The notes: a model not told the origin generated them from the sequence alone. A DNA stretch of 64,000 nt from Candidatus Bathyarchaeota archaeon (GCA_963833575.1 CAWHXY010000004.1:352001-416000); one strand, 5' to 3'; shown: positions 41,529 to 52,458, counted from the first letter of the stretch. Program-made: numbers and translations.

Positions 41529-41960
41529 ATGCGAAAAGTACTTGTTATTTATTATAGTCGTTCAGGAAATACTGAAAAGATGGCAAAAGCAGTCGCACAA
41601 GGCGCCAAAAGCGACCAAAACATAGCCGTTGACCTAAGCTACCACATCGAAGCTGACGAACTAGCAAACTATGATGCCATACTCGTTGGTACACCAACAT
41701 ACCACACTCAGATGCCTATCGACTTCAAAAACCTCTTTGAAGAAGCATCAGCAAAACAGATAAACCTAAAAAACAAAGTCGGCAGCGCCTTTGGATCGTA
41801 TGGATGGAGCGGAGAGGCACCCCAAGCTGTCATCGAAATACTCAAGAAATTTGAGATGCAAGTTATAGAACCGCCCATACGTGCCAAATACGTTCCTGAC
41901 CAAAAAGCTCTCGACGCTTGCATTGACCTAGGGAAAAAAGTCGCCCAACAATTAAGCTGA
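41529..41960 (+). CDS. Flavodoxin (FprA-like flavodoxin domain)
   Basis: YYSRSGNTEKMA, GTPTY and AFGSYGWSGEA motifs. Confidence 0.9.
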   Translation: MRKVLVIYYSRSGNTEKMAKAVAQGAKSDQNIAVDLSYHIEADELANYDAILVGTPTYHTQMPIDFKNLFEEASAKQINLKNKVGSAFGSYGWSGEAPQAVIEILKKFEMQVIEPPIRAKYVPDQKALDACIDLGKKVAQQLS

Positions 41961-42067
41961 TAATTTAGCTTTACACAGCAGGAGCGAGCGTTTTGGTAGT
42001 TTTCTTCTGTTCTAGCGCACTCAATGTCTTCAAACATGACAACTGAAGTTGGGCTTTGAAACAATAC

Positions 42068-44662
42068 TTATTTTCTATTTTTGAAAATCAACTCGCCACT
42101 TTTTTCATCGACTATAATTTCCGTGTTCTTGTCGACTTTTTCTTGCAAGATCATTTTTGATAATTCGTTTAGCAAGTTTTTTTGAATAACGCGTTTTATT
42201 GGTCTAGCTCCAAACTGAGGGTCAAATCCGACATTCGCAATAAAATCAACGGCTTTTTTGGTTATTGTAAGTTTGATGTTGGTTTTTTCGAGCATTTTTT
42301 GAACGTTTTTTAGTTGAAGTTCTACTATTTTTCTTACTTCTTCTCGTATTAACGATTGGAACATTATTATTTCGTCAATTCGGTTAAGGAATTCTGGCTT
42401 AATGCTTCTTTTCAGCAAATCGAAGACTTGAGTTCGTGTTTGGTTTATTATTTCTTCGCGGTTTTCTTCATTCATTTTTTCTAGGTTTTCTTGGATTATG
42501 TGAGATCCGATGTTTGAGGTCATGATGATTATGGTATTTTTGAAATCTACGGTTCGACCTTTATTATCTGTTAGTCTGCCATCATCAAGTACTTGGAGCA
42601 GTATGTTGAAAACGTCAGGGTGTGCTTTTTCAATCTCATCGAGAAGTACAACAGAGTATGGTTTTCTTCGAACAGCTTCAGTTAGTTGTCCGCTTTCTTC
42701 ATAGCCTACGTATCCAGGAGGCGCGCCAATGAGTCTTGAAACCGTATGCCGTTCCTGATACTCAGACATGTCAATTCTGATCATGCTATTTTCATTGTTG
42801 AATAGGAATTCGGCTAACGCTTTGGCTAATTCGGTTTTTCCAACTCCTGTAGTGCCCAAGAAGATGAAAGATCCGATTGGCCGCTTGGGATCTTGTAATC
42901 CTGCACGGTTTCTCCTAATAGCATCCGCTACTGCATTTACTGCTTCATCCTGTCCGACGACTCGCATGTGAAGTTCTGTTTCTAGATTAAGCAGTTTTTG
43001 TTTTTCACTTTGGAGCATTCGACTAACAGGGATACCTGTCCAGCGAGAAACTACTTCCGCAATTTCTTCCGCATCCACTTCTTCATTTACCATGGCTGAA
43101 TCCTTCTGCAACTCTAACAGTTTCTTCTTTAGAGTTTCAATTGTTTTTTCTGCTTCTGGAATTTTGCCGTAGCGAATTTCTGCGACACGTCCAAGATCGC
43201 CATTGCGGTTTGCGCGCTCATCTTCAAACTTTAGTTGTTCGATCTCGTTCTTTTTGTTCTGAATTTGTTCAACTATATCTTTCTCAGAGTGCCATTTTGC
43301 GCGTAATTGATTGCGTTCTTCACTTAGGTTCGCGATTTCTTCATTGAGCGACTTGAGTTTCGCCTGATCTTTTTCACGTTTTATGGCTTCCCTTTCAATT
43401 TCTAGTTGGCGAATTCGGCGGTCTTTTACTTCGAGTTCTTCAGGTTCAGAATTGATTTCAAGTCGAAGTTTTGATGCAGCTTCATCAATCAAGTCTATCG
43501 CTTTATCTGGAAGGAAACGATCGGATATGTACCTTTGTGAAAGTTCAACTGCAGCAATTATTGCTTCATCCTTGATTCTGACATGGTGATATGTTTCGTA
43601 ACGTTCTTTTAGACCTCGAAGAATGGAAATAGCGTCTAACGTGTCAGGTTCATTGACCATTACTGGTTGGAACCGTCTTTCAAGGGCTTTGTCTTTTTCA
43701 AAATATTTTTGATATTCGTTTAATGTAGTGGCGCCGATTGCACGTAATTCGCCCCTTGCTAATGCTGGTTTTAATATGTTTGCTGCGTCCATTGCTCCTT
43801 CACCACCACCTGCTCCTACCAGTGTATGAATCTCGTCGATGAATAGTACTATTTCGCCTTCAGCTGAAACAACTTCTTTAACAACGCTTTTGAGTCGTTC
43901 TTCAAATTCACCCTTATATTTTGCGCCTGCAATAAGGGCGCTCATGTCTAGTGAATAAATTTGTTTTGATTTCAGATTTTCAGGAACATCTCCGTCGATT
44001 ATGCGGTGAGCTAGTCCTTCTGCAATTGCGGTTTTGCCAACGCCTGGCTCTCCGATTAGAATTGGATTATTTTTTGTTCTTCGCGATAGGATCTGGAGGA
44101 CACGTCTGATTTCCTCGTCGCGGCCAATAACTGGGTCAAGTTTGCCTTTTCTAGCCATGTCGTTTAGGTTGATTGCATATTTGTTTAAGGCGTTATAGGT
44201 TTCTTCTGCTGTTTGAGAATTAACAGTTGATCCTTTGCGAAGTTGCTTGATTGCTGTCTTTAAGTCTTTTTCGGTGACTCCATTTTCGTGAAGTAATCTT
44301 GTAGCTGAATCGTTTTGGGCCAAAATTCCTAGAAGCAGATGCTCGATGGAAATGAACTCGTCTTTGCCCTCTGAAGCTACCTCAGCGGCCTTTTGTAGGG
44401 CTCGATTAGAATTAGATGAAAGATATTGTTGTCCACCACTAACCTTAGGTAAACAATCAATCAGCTTATCAAGCTCTTTTGAAAAAACATCAAAGTTAAC
44501 ATTTAATTTTTTCAACAAATAGGGAACTACGTTTTCGTCAACCATCAATATTGCTTTCAACAGATGTGAGGGCTCAATTGATTGGTTTTGTTTTGCCGTA
44601 GCAATTTCCGTAGCTTTTTGAATTGCTTCTTGAGATTTAATGGTAAAATTATTCAAGTCCAT
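42068..44662 (-). CDS. clpB: ATP-dependent chaperone ClpB
   Basis: Two AAA+ modules ([16 protein letters not shown]) and a coiled-coil middle domain. Confidence 0.97.
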   Translation of the reverse strand: MDLNNFTIKSQEAIQKATEIATAKQNQSIEPSHLLKAILMVDENVVPYLLKKLNVNFDVFSKELDKLIDCLPKVSGGQQYLSSNSNRALQKAAEVASEGKDEFISIEHLLLGILAQNDSATRLLHENGVTEKDLKTAIKQLRKGSTVNSQTAEETYNALNKYAINLNDMARKGKLDPVIGRDEEIRRVLQILSRRTKNNPILIGEPGVGKTAIAEGLAHRIIDGDVPENLKSKQIYSLDMSALIAGAKYKGEFEERLKSVVKEVVSAEGEIVLFIDEIHTLVGAGGGEGAMDAANILKPALARGELRAIGATTLNEYQKYFEKDKALERRFQPVMVNEPDTLDAISILRGLKERYETYHHVRIKDEAIIAAVELSQRYISDRFLPDKAIDLIDEAASKLRLEINSEPEELEVKDRRIRQLEIEREAIKREKDQAKLKSLNEEIANLSEERNQLRAKWHSEKDIVEQIQNKKNEIEQLKFEDERANRNGDLGRVAEIRYGKIPEAEKTIETLKKKLLELQKDSAMVNEEVDAEEIAEVVSRWTGIPVSRMLQSEKQKLLNLETELHMRVVGQDEAVNAVADAIRRNRAGLQDPKRPIGSFIFLGTTGVGKTELAKALAEFLFNNENSMIRIDMSEYQERHTVSRLIGAPPGYVGYEESGQLTEAVRRKPYSVVLLDEIEKAHPDVFNILLQVLDDGRLTDNKGRTVDFKNTIIIMTSNIGSHIIQENLEKMNEENREEIINQTRTQVFDLLKRSIKPEFLNRIDEIIMFQSLIREEVRKIVELQLKNVQKMLEKTNIKLTITKKAVDFIANVGFDPQFGARPIKRVIQKNLLNELSKMILQEKVDKNTEIIVDEKSGELIFKNRK

Positions 44663-45101
44663 TTACAATCTCCTCTTTAACAAAGCAGTTTCTAACTCAG
44701 CTATATTTGTTATTCTGCAACAAACAAACATTTCAAACTATTAAATTGTAAAGATACTTAGTTGATAAGAACTAGTTTTTAATCGCGTCTCGGTATGTAA
44801 TTTAAGCATGAATTGGTTGAATTTCTACGCTTAGGTAATGTCTTTTGATGCAGTCTGTTTTTGGGCATCCTTCACAGCCGATAAAGTTAGTTTTCTGGCA
44901 AGGCAGGATATAAGCTCGGTCCATTTTTTCACTTCCTGTTTTTTATCGTGTATAATGTGTCTTAATATACACTAAGTGCTTGCTTAAGAAATTTTCTGAA
45001 CGCACGTCAATATTTGAATATCACCGCATGTTATTTTGAAGTTTAGAAGTTTACAAAATGCAAACAAAAATCTAAAAGATGAAAAAAAGAGAATAAAGCA
45101 G

Positions 45102-45215
45102 TTATCTGCTGTTTCTCAATCGATTAATTTGTTGTTCAGATAGCCTGCGATCTGATTCAGCCCATTTTCGTTCAGCCTCGACAAATGCTCTTTCCGCATG
45201 AGAGTGATCAGGCAT
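45102..45215 (-). CDS. 37-aa microprotein MPDHSHAERAFVEAERKWAESDRRLSEQQINRLRNSR
   Basis: GGTGA SD before ATG; TATA-rich upstream; T-rich downstream. Confidence 0.5.
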   Translation of the reverse strand: MPDHSHAERAFVEAERKWAESDRRLSEQQINRLRNSR

Positions 45216-45532
45216 TCTTAATCACCAGAAGAAAAGGCGTTAATACCATATGAAATATATAGTTTCTATAATTTATTTATTTTCCTTTCTCAGATTTAAA
45301 CCCAACAAGAAATTTTGGCAGCTTGAATTTCAATCACACTCATGGTTTTACTGCATATTTGGTGCAACAGAGGCATCAAATCGCACTATGTCAAATTGAG
45401 AAAATTTATTAACACGGTTGCAGTTCAAGTTTGGTTTGACGAAAGTAGCATTTTTGCTTACCCCAATTGGTAAGTTTTGCGCTTTCGTTAAAGAAAACAT
45501 AAAAATCTAAAAGAAAAGGAGAAAAAGAAAAA

Positions 45533-48355
45533 ATGCAAATTAGTAAAAACAAAACACTAGGTATTACGATCGCAATATTGTTAACAATTTCAATGGGAGC
45601 TTCAATGATGCTTATACCCAACGCTATCGCACACACACCATCACAGAGCATTCAACTCTTCGCATTTATCAATGTGGCACCTAACCCTGCAGGCATAGGT
45701 CAAGCTGTAACTGTCAGCTTCTTTCTCAATGAACCACCAATGACAGCAGGCGGTCCATATGGAGACAGATTTGGTCCTTTCACGGTAAATGTTGTAAAGC
45801 CTGATGGAACCAATGAGACACTCGGACCATTTATTTCCGATGACACAGGAGGAACAAGCACTCGCTACACACCCACTCAACTTGGCACATACCAATTCCA
45901 GATGTTTTTCCCAGGAATGAAAATGACTGGATCAACTAACAACCCAGCTTCAGCTGGCGTCAGTCCCAGCAGCGGGCTCATCAGTAATACTGCTTATATT
46001 AATGACACTCTCCTACCGGCAACAAGCTCAGTAGCAACGCTTACAGTGCAACAACAGCCAGTACCATATGTCGCAGGAGCTCCGCTTCCTACATCTTATT
46101 GGCAAACCCCAATAAACGCAATGAACGTTCAGAACTGGTACGCAATTGGCGGTCCTTACCTTGGCCTCTATATTGGTTACAGTGCAGGTAAAGGTGCTTC
46201 CAACTACAATACAACAACAAACTTCAACCCATACTCTTTGGCGCCACAAACATCTCACATCATGTGGACAAGACCAATAGCATTCGGAGGCACAATCGGT
46301 GGAGATGCAGGCGGAACAACAACCTACGGCAACTACTATTCAACCTCTCAGTACGAACGCAAATATGATCCAATAGTCATCAATGGCTACCTCTACTACA
46401 CTCAATTCCCAGGAAGCTCGACTAGCCCAGTAGCTAACGTCGCAGTTGACTTATTCACTGGAAAAACAATATGGACAAACGATGCAAGCAACTATAACGG
46501 TGGCAGTCCAACACAGAACATGCTAACAACGACAGGCGTCGTTACGCCATTTACATGTGGCCAAGTACTCGATTACGTGTCACCTAACCAATACGGAGGA
46601 ATTGCTTATTTATGGACAACAGGGAATCCTGCCTGGATCACTCCAAGTGTTATGAACTTAACTGGAACGACCCTAAACATGTTTGACGCTATGACTGGTA
46701 AATACATCCTCAGCATTGTTAACGGAACAGGTTTCAGCTATGGAAACACGGTAGACGCAAGTGGAGATTTGATATCTTACTACACAAATACCACCGTTGG
46801 AACACAAACAATCTACGGCCAAATTCTGCCGGTTACTGGACCAACACCGACAAAAGTCACTAACACTGCGGGCAACTCACTCCTCGAAGCATGGAACTCA
46901 ACTCAATGTATTATGGAAGGTGCTGGCTGGTCAACTGGATCGGCTTCAGGCTGGCAATGGAGACCCGTACAAGGTTCACTAATTCCATTTTCATATGGAA
47001 TACAATCCGCATGGCAACTACCTGGCACTGTACCAGTTGGTGCATACGCAAATAATGCTACATTGCCAAACACTTGGACAATCATGGGCGTTAACAGCGG
47101 TGTAGCTATTCTTTATTCAGCAGATAACGCAGGACTCACAAACTACTTCCAAAGAGGATCCACAGTCTTTACAGGTTACGACATAAACACGGGAAACCAG
47201 CTATTCGTCCAAAATGAAACCTTCACACCTTACACTGCAGTCAACCTAGACAACTATGGCAACGTCGCCGACGGACTTTTCACCACAGTTATCAAAGAAA
47301 CTGGTCAAGTTACCGCATTCAGTGTCACGACAGGCCAGCAAGCATGGCAAACAACACTTACAGGCGACAATGGCGCACCTATCAATCCATACGATACTAT
47401 CGGCGGAATCAAAGGAAACGTTTACGGCACCAGTTTCCTACTCTTCGGTTTCGGAGGAGACGCCTGGTCTTTAAACATGGCTAATGGCAAACTTAACTGG
47501 TATACAAACACAACTAAACTCATGGGCGACGCTGGCTCTAACACCCCATATGGCGTTTGGCCTATCTGGGTACAAACAGGCATTGGCGGCGGCGGCGGAA
47601 TAGAATGGCTTGAAGTAGGACACGAATATGCACCACCATTGTTCCTTGGAGCACAACTACTGGCATTGAACACTACAACTGGACAACTAGCATGGAGTAT
47701 ACCTTCCTTCGATGTTGATGCAAACCCCGAATTAGCATACGGCATTATGACAACACTAAACGCATATGACAACCAAGTCTACGCTTACGGCCAAGGACCA
47801 AGTGCAACGACTGTTACAGCACCCAGCGTAGGCGTAACAACAGCAACACCAGTAACCATAACAGGCACAGTAATGGACGTATCTGCAGGCGCAAAGCAAG
47901 AAGCAGTAGCAGCGAACTTCCCCAACGGTCTACCAGCAGTTTCTGATGCAAGCATGAGTTCGTTTATGGCATCTGTTTACATGCAACAACCAATTTCTCA
48001 TGACATTACCGGAGTTCCAGTTACACTAAGCGTTGTTGACTCAAACGGCAATTACAGAACCATAGGCAACACTACAACCGACGCTACAGGTTCGTATGGT
48101 CTCAAATGGACACCTGACATATCTGGCTCTTACACTATCGTTGCTACATTCTCAGGATCAGGAGCATACTACGGATCAACAGCTCAAACATACCTATATG
48201 CCAGCGCAGCAACCACACCAGCACCAACAACCGCACCTCAATCAAATCTAGCAACAACAGCAGATCTAATGATATACGTAGTCGCAGCAGCAATCGCCAT
48301 AATCATCGCAATAGCCATAGTTGGCATTGTAATAGTAATGCGGCTCAAAAAATAG
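45533..48355 (+). CDS. PQQ-binding-like beta-propeller surface protein, paralog 2
   Basis: Same architecture and many identical blocks as 21021-23642 (YYSTSQYE, GHEY.PPLF, NAYDNQ). Confidence 0.85.
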   Translation: MQISKNKTLGITIAILLTISMGASMMLIPNAIAHTPSQSIQLFAFINVAPNPAGIGQAVTVSFFLNEPPMTAGGPYGDRFGPFTVNVVKPDGTNETLGPFISDDTGGTSTRYTPTQLGTYQFQMFFPGMKMTGSTNNPASAGVSPSSGLISNTAYINDTLLPATSSVATLTVQQQPVPYVAGAPLPTSYWQTPINAMNVQNWYAIGGPYLGLYIGYSAGKGASNYNTTTNFNPYSLAPQTSHIMWTRPIAFGGTIGGDAGGTTTYGNYYSTSQYERKYDPIVINGYLYYTQFPGSSTSPVANVAVDLFTGKTIWTNDASNYNGGSPTQNMLTTTGVVTPFTCGQVLDYVSPNQYGGIAYLWTTGNPAWITPSVMNLTGTTLNMFDAMTGKYILSIVNGTGFSYGNTVDASGDLISYYTNTTVGTQTIYGQILPVTGPTPTKVTNTAGNSLLEAWNSTQCIMEGAGWSTGSASGWQWRPVQGSLIPFSYGIQSAWQLPGTVPVGAYANNATLPNTWTIMGVNSGVAILYSADNAGLTNYFQRGSTVFTGYDINTGNQLFVQNETFTPYTAVNLDNYGNVADGLFTTVIKETGQVTAFSVTTGQQAWQTTLTGDNGAPINPYDTIGGIKGNVYGTSFLLFGFGGDAWSLNMANGKLNWYTNTTKLMGDAGSNTPYGVWPIWVQTGIGGGGGIEWLEVGHEYAPPLFLGAQLLALNTTTGQLAWSIPSFDVDANPELAYGIMTTLNAYDNQVYAYGQGPSATTVTAPSVGVTTATPVTITGTVMDVSAGAKQEAVAANFPNGLPAVSDASMSSFMASVYMQQPISHDITGVPVTLSVVDSNGNYRTIGNTTTDATGSYGLKWTPDISGSYTIVATFSGSGAYYGSTAQTYLYASAATTPAPTTAPQSNLATTADLMIYVVAAAIAIIIAIAIVGIVIVMRLKK

Positions 48356-48421
48356 CCAAAAGCTTCAAAACAACCAAACCCCTTTCCTTTTTTTAGTTCT
48401 TAAAAAAGAAAATTCAAAATA

Positions 48422-48519
48422 GAGATAAATAGTCTTTGTTTAGATTCACAAGACAGCTGTAATTCGTGATAGAGTTGGCATTTGCTCTTTTTATTGTTCT
48501 CGAAGTCTAAGCAAATCTC
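48422..48519 (+). ncRNA. Hairpin sRNA candidate, divergent member of the anti-RBS family
   Basis: 12-bp stem TTTGTTTAGATT/AGTCTAAGCAAA enclosing TCGTGATAG..TTGGCATTTGCTCTTTTT, shared with the 52483 and 61361 elements. Confidence 0.45.
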
Positions 48520-48604
48520 AATTGGTCAAAAATCTTCTAATATGTCAGTACAAGCGTCTACGTCACGCTTTTATTAGGCTTATGAATAACAATGCGACGC
48601 TATT

Positions 48605-49096
48605 TTGCTGAGACAACAAAACAGCAGGCGACAAACGATTCTTATATTCGCAATGTTGTTTGTATTTATGGTACTTGACCTTCAAGGCAATTTAGTTTCT
48701 GTTGTTCAAGTCTTAGCATTAATTTTGCTTGTAATAGGAGTTTATCCTTACCGAATAAGAACAAAAAACAGAAACCTCATCATGCATGGGTTCCTAAGCA
48801 TCTTAGCTATTGCTTTAAACCTTGCCACCGTATTCGCAGTAATGCTTCCAGCTTTAAGTAATCGTTTGACTCTCGTTAGCAGTTTGTCGATTTTACAGTC
48901 AGCAGTTGTTTGGCTGCACGTTGCCTTAGGAATAACTGCCATAACTTTAGGTTTTGTAATCATTATTTCATGGATAACTCATCCTTTAGGTGAACTCGGA
49001 TGCTCAAAAACCTGGAGGCTAATGATACCCACTTTCTCAATTTGGCTTATCACATTGATAATAGGGTTAGCAATACAAATATTCAACATTATTTAA
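48605..49096 (+). CDS. DUF420-like four-TM membrane protein (start probably near 48668)
   Basis: Four hydrophobic helices with two His residues (MHG, WLH). Confidence 0.6.
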   Translation: MLRQQNSRRQTILIFAMLFVFMVLDLQGNLVSVVQVLALILLVIGVYPYRIRTKNRNLIMHGFLSILAIALNLATVFAVMLPALSNRLTLVSSLSILQSAVVWLHVALGITAITLGFVIIISWITHPLGELGCSKTWRLMIPTFSIWLITLIIGLAIQIFNII

Positions 49097-49167
49097 TGCG
49101 TGCTTACTTTTTAGTTAATTAAAATCTATTTTAGTTCTTTGCAGGTTGAACAAACACCTTCACGACG

Positions 49168-49300
49168 TTTTTTGTTGAGCTGGTTTTGGGCTGCTTTTTT
49201 GGTTTGGGGTTTGATTTGTTTGCAGGCTACGTCATTATTTGTCAGGAATCGTCATTAATCGTCGCATTTCGTCACGATCCGTTACTAATCGCCACAATTC
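49168..49300 (-). repeat. Dispersed repeat copy H (TGACGA-type array plus tail)
   Basis: GAC at 10-bp period about 7 times, then GCCTGCAAACAAATCAAACCCCAAACCAAAAAAGCAGCCC. Confidence 0.8.
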
Positions 49301-49337
49301 TGAAAGTGTCATGTCTTTTAGCCGAAAAAAATGTTGC

Positions 49338-50687
49338 CTAAGTCTTATGAAAGTTTTCGAATTGGATTTTATAGGTGCTCAGTCGCCACAAATAATCACA
49401 CGAGTTATGGTCAGGATCCATCCGATTGATTATTTCAATTAAGTCATCTGGAACAATCAGTACGAGACAGAAATATTCACTATATCGTTTTCGAAAAATT
49501 GAAAGTTTGACCAAGACTTCAATAATGTTGGCTTTAACGCCATGCGGCTCAAGCAGAACTTTTCTACCTCTATCAGTAAACTGAGGGAGAAGAAAATCCG
49601 GTTTGTAAGTTAGCAATGGATTATCTTTAGATAAACGGAATTCCATGAACTCATAATAAAAAATTACCTGCTTGTTTTTCAGAAAATCAAAAACATCTCT
49701 TTCAAATCCACTGAATGCTCCTGGTTCAGCAATAACTTCGCCGACTCGATTGTAGTGTGAAACTACACTTAAGTATTGGATAAGGGGTTGCACCAAATCT
49801 TGGTATTTTTGAATGAAAAACCGCAGGGATTTTTCTAATGAAGTTAACGTAAGGTCAGAGTATTCCAGCCAAGTTCCAAGCATAAAGAAGGGGAAATCAA
49901 TTTTGGCGGGATCTTCGGGAAAGAGTGAACGCGCAAAGCCAGTTAGACGTTGGGCATCGGCATCAAATTCGGCGGTGTTTTTCCACCAGCTTTCTGGTCT
50001 AATTTTTCTATTTAACATTAAGGGCAAGTTTTCATTATTATTTAACCCTAACGCAACGTAAACTCGCAGTTTTGGAGTTGTTAACGGTACCATCAAATCT
50101 TCAGGATTAAATTGGAACAGCCCAAGGTCAGGTGAGCCTCGAACCATCCAGCGCAGATAAAGCCAAGATTTTGAAGTATGCTGCTTATTCATACCCCTAA
50201 CTTTGTACGATAACTGTTCAACGAAGTCTATTGGTTTTCTACCCTTTTGGTTTAATTTGTCGGAGTAATTAATCAGATCACCATTGGCTTTTTCTTCGAC
50301 GAACTGGTTAACTGAGCACAATACGTTAGGGATTTGCGCTTTTGCTTTGCCCAAATGCTCCAATTTTTGATAATTGTATTCAAATTTAGTAATTTCTTGC
50401 GCAAATTCGTTTGGATTCTTTATTACATACAGTTTACTTTCAAACACAGAAAAAAGATGATGCAGTAGCAAACTTGTGTTCCGTGGATTTCCAGTTAGCC
50501 CAAAGTCGCTCAGTGATGCCAGGAGCAAAAAGTAGTGTGCCGCTTCCCTTTTGGCCTCATAACTGTCAAGTGGCATAAAACGTAGTTTTGTATTTTCCAA
50601 GTTAAGTTCTATGTCGGGAACACAACTATAAATTTCGACAAATTGCGTGATTAGTTCTCTTAGGGCTGGTGGAACCTCTGCAGTCAT
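49338..50687 (-). CDS. DUF2400 (TIGR02757)-like domain fused to a PD-(D/E)XK-type nuclease domain
   Basis: WLYLRWMVR..PDLG and FPEDPAKIDF motifs; C-terminal TYKPDF...LEPHG. Confidence 0.65.
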   Translation of the reverse strand: MTAEVPPALRELITQFVEIYSCVPDIELNLENTKLRFMPLDSYEAKREAAHYFLLLASLSDFGLTGNPRNTSLLLHHLFSVFESKLYVIKNPNEFAQEITKFEYNYQKLEHLGKAKAQIPNVLCSVNQFVEEKANGDLINYSDKLNQKGRKPIDFVEQLSYKVRGMNKQHTSKSWLYLRWMVRGSPDLGLFQFNPEDLMVPLTTPKLRVYVALGLNNNENLPLMLNRKIRPESWWKNTAEFDADAQRLTGFARSLFPEDPAKIDFPFFMLGTWLEYSDLTLTSLEKSLRFFIQKYQDLVQPLIQYLSVVSHYNRVGEVIAEPGAFSGFERDVFDFLKNKQVIFYYEFMEFRLSKDNPLLTYKPDFLLPQFTDRGRKVLLEPHGVKANIIEVLVKLSIFRKRYSEYFCLVLIVPDDLIEIINRMDPDHNSCDYLWRLSTYKIQFENFHKT

Positions 50688-50854
50688 ACTTGAAGCTTGG
50701 TTGCTTCTACTTAATTAGTTTTACAAGAAAAGAAAAAATGGTTGCCGGACCTGAGCACACTTTTTCAGTATGTTTTAAGTTTTTTTTGTTTTTGGGTTTA
50801 ATTTTTTGGATAATACCTAAAATTTATTTAATGCATATTACTTGATTAAGCAGA

Positions 50855-51346
50855 ATGGATCCTGTCGTTAACATCGATGAAATAGACAACCAAATTCTAC
50901 ACATGCTTATCCAAGATGCCCGCACGAGCCTTAAGGATATAGGTAAAAAATGCGGAATTTCAACAGTTACAGCTTTGAATAGAATTAAGCGGCTTAAAGA
51001 AACAGGTGTAATAACTGGTGCAGCACTTTTTGCTGCGCTTGATGTTTTTCAGTTTCAAATTGTCGCTTCCATTGGAATGGAGATTGAAGCAAGCGCTAAC
51101 GTTCAGGAAATTCTCGAGTTCTTTGAAAAGAACACCTATCTAGTTGAACCCTCAAATAGTATCGGAAAATACGATCTTCAAGCTGTAATTTATGCTGAAG
51201 ACATAGCGAGCCTAAATAACCGCGTTGAGATGGTCAGAAGACTTCGCGGAATTAAAAGGGTAATGGTATCTGTTTGGTCAGGAATTCCTTACCTCAGTTT
51301 TGATAATATTAATCTCACAAGCAGAGAGGATAGAAAGCGTGGATAA
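50855..51346 (+). CDS. Lrp/AsnC transcriptional regulator
   Basis: IDEIDNQIL..L..DAR.S...RIKRL...GVI; GKYDL. Confidence 0.9.
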   Translation: MDPVVNIDEIDNQILHMLIQDARTSLKDIGKKCGISTVTALNRIKRLKETGVITGAALFAALDVFQFQIVASIGMEIEASANVQEILEFFEKNTYLVEPSNSIGKYDLQAVIYAEDIASLNNRVEMVRRLRGIKRVMVSVWSGIPYLSFDNINLTSREDRKRG

Positions 51347-51830
51347 ATTAGATTACCTAGTTTTAAGCGAACTTGAAAGAGATGCATCACTTTCGTTTGT
51401 TGCTATTGCCAAGAAGGTTGGATCAACCCCTTGCACTGTTAAGCGTCGGTATGAGAAGTTCAGACGAGAGGGGATAATTTTTGGGTGTATTGTATCACTG
51501 AATCTTTCCAAATTAGGATTTTGTGGCAAAGCCACGCTCTCAATAACCCTAACGCCTAACAGTAACAAGTCAGTCACTATAGAATACCTTAGAACCGTGA
51601 AAAACGTAATAATTGTAACTGAAATCATCGGCGCCTACGACCTTATGGCAATCGCGCCAATCACTGATTTGAAAAGTATTCAAACATTGTTGGACGAAGT
51701 TAGAAAAGCACCTAACATACATAGAGTTGAATTTTCCTGCGTAGACAATACGGATTTTCCCGTTAGCCCAAACTATGGCACTATGTTGAGCCAGAAGGGC
51801 AAGACTCTGGCTAGTGCTAAGAAAAAGTAG
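51339..51830 (+). CDS. Lrp/AsnC transcriptional regulator
   Basis: GTG start after GAGGA; DKLDYLVL, GII and GAYDL motifs. Confidence 0.88.
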   Translation: MDKLDYLVLSELERDASLSFVAIAKKVGSTPCTVKRRYEKFRREGIIFGCIVSLNLSKLGFCGKATLSITLTPNSNKSVTIEYLRTVKNVIIVTEIIGAYDLMAIAPITDLKSIQTLLDEVRKAPNIHRVEFSCVDNTDFPVSPNYGTMLSQKGKTLASAKKK

Positions 51831-51867
51831 GGGATGAAGAAGGGCAGATCTAAAATGGTGGGGGGAA

Positions 51868-52458
51868 ATGAATAGCAAGGAAATAGGGACAGTTATTGCT
51901 TTCACAGCTCTTACAACAACGTTAAACTTTGTCCGAGTACCCGTGCCTTATATGCCGGCGTTCGCTTACCAGTTGGGCGATGTTGTTTTGGTCGTAGTGC
52001 TGTTACTTTTTGGCATCAGAATTGCCATCGCCGCAGCCACTTTGAATATGTTGATAAACATAGTGCTTTCTTTAAGTCCAGCAGGGCCGATTGGTCCACC
52101 TTACTATTTGTTATCGGTTGTTGCAATGTTTTCAGGAGTCTATATTTTTGAAAAAGTGATAAAGAGAAGAATACTAGCCAACCGAGATATAATCAAAACT
52201 GTTTCTCTTGCAACCGGATTTGGAGTTTTAACCAGAGTTCTGATCATGCTACCATTCGACTATTTTGTTTATGGTTTCTTGGTTTCTTTGGTATCTGGCT
52301 TGAGTATTTCGGTTTCGTATGCAATTGTGCTAGCTTCTATGCCCGGGATTATCGTATATAACATCACAGTTCCAGTTATTATGATTCCAATAAGCTATTC
52401 TATAGCCAAGAGCGTGTCGAAGTACCGCTTGTTAAAGTCTGATTCTACCTTGTTTTAA
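51868..52458 (+). CDS. ECF transporter S-component-like membrane protein
   Basis: About 6 TM helices; AFTALT...VPVPYMP..YQLGD motif. Confidence 0.7.
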   Translation: MNSKEIGTVIAFTALTTTLNFVRVPVPYMPAFAYQLGDVVLVVVLLLFGIRIAIAAATLNMLINIVLSLSPAGPIGPPYYLLSVVAMFSGVYIFEKVIKRRILANRDIIKTVSLATGFGVLTRVLIMLPFDYFVYGFLVSLVSGLSISVSYAIVLASMPGIIVYNITVPVIMIPISYSIAKSVSKYRLLKSDSTLF

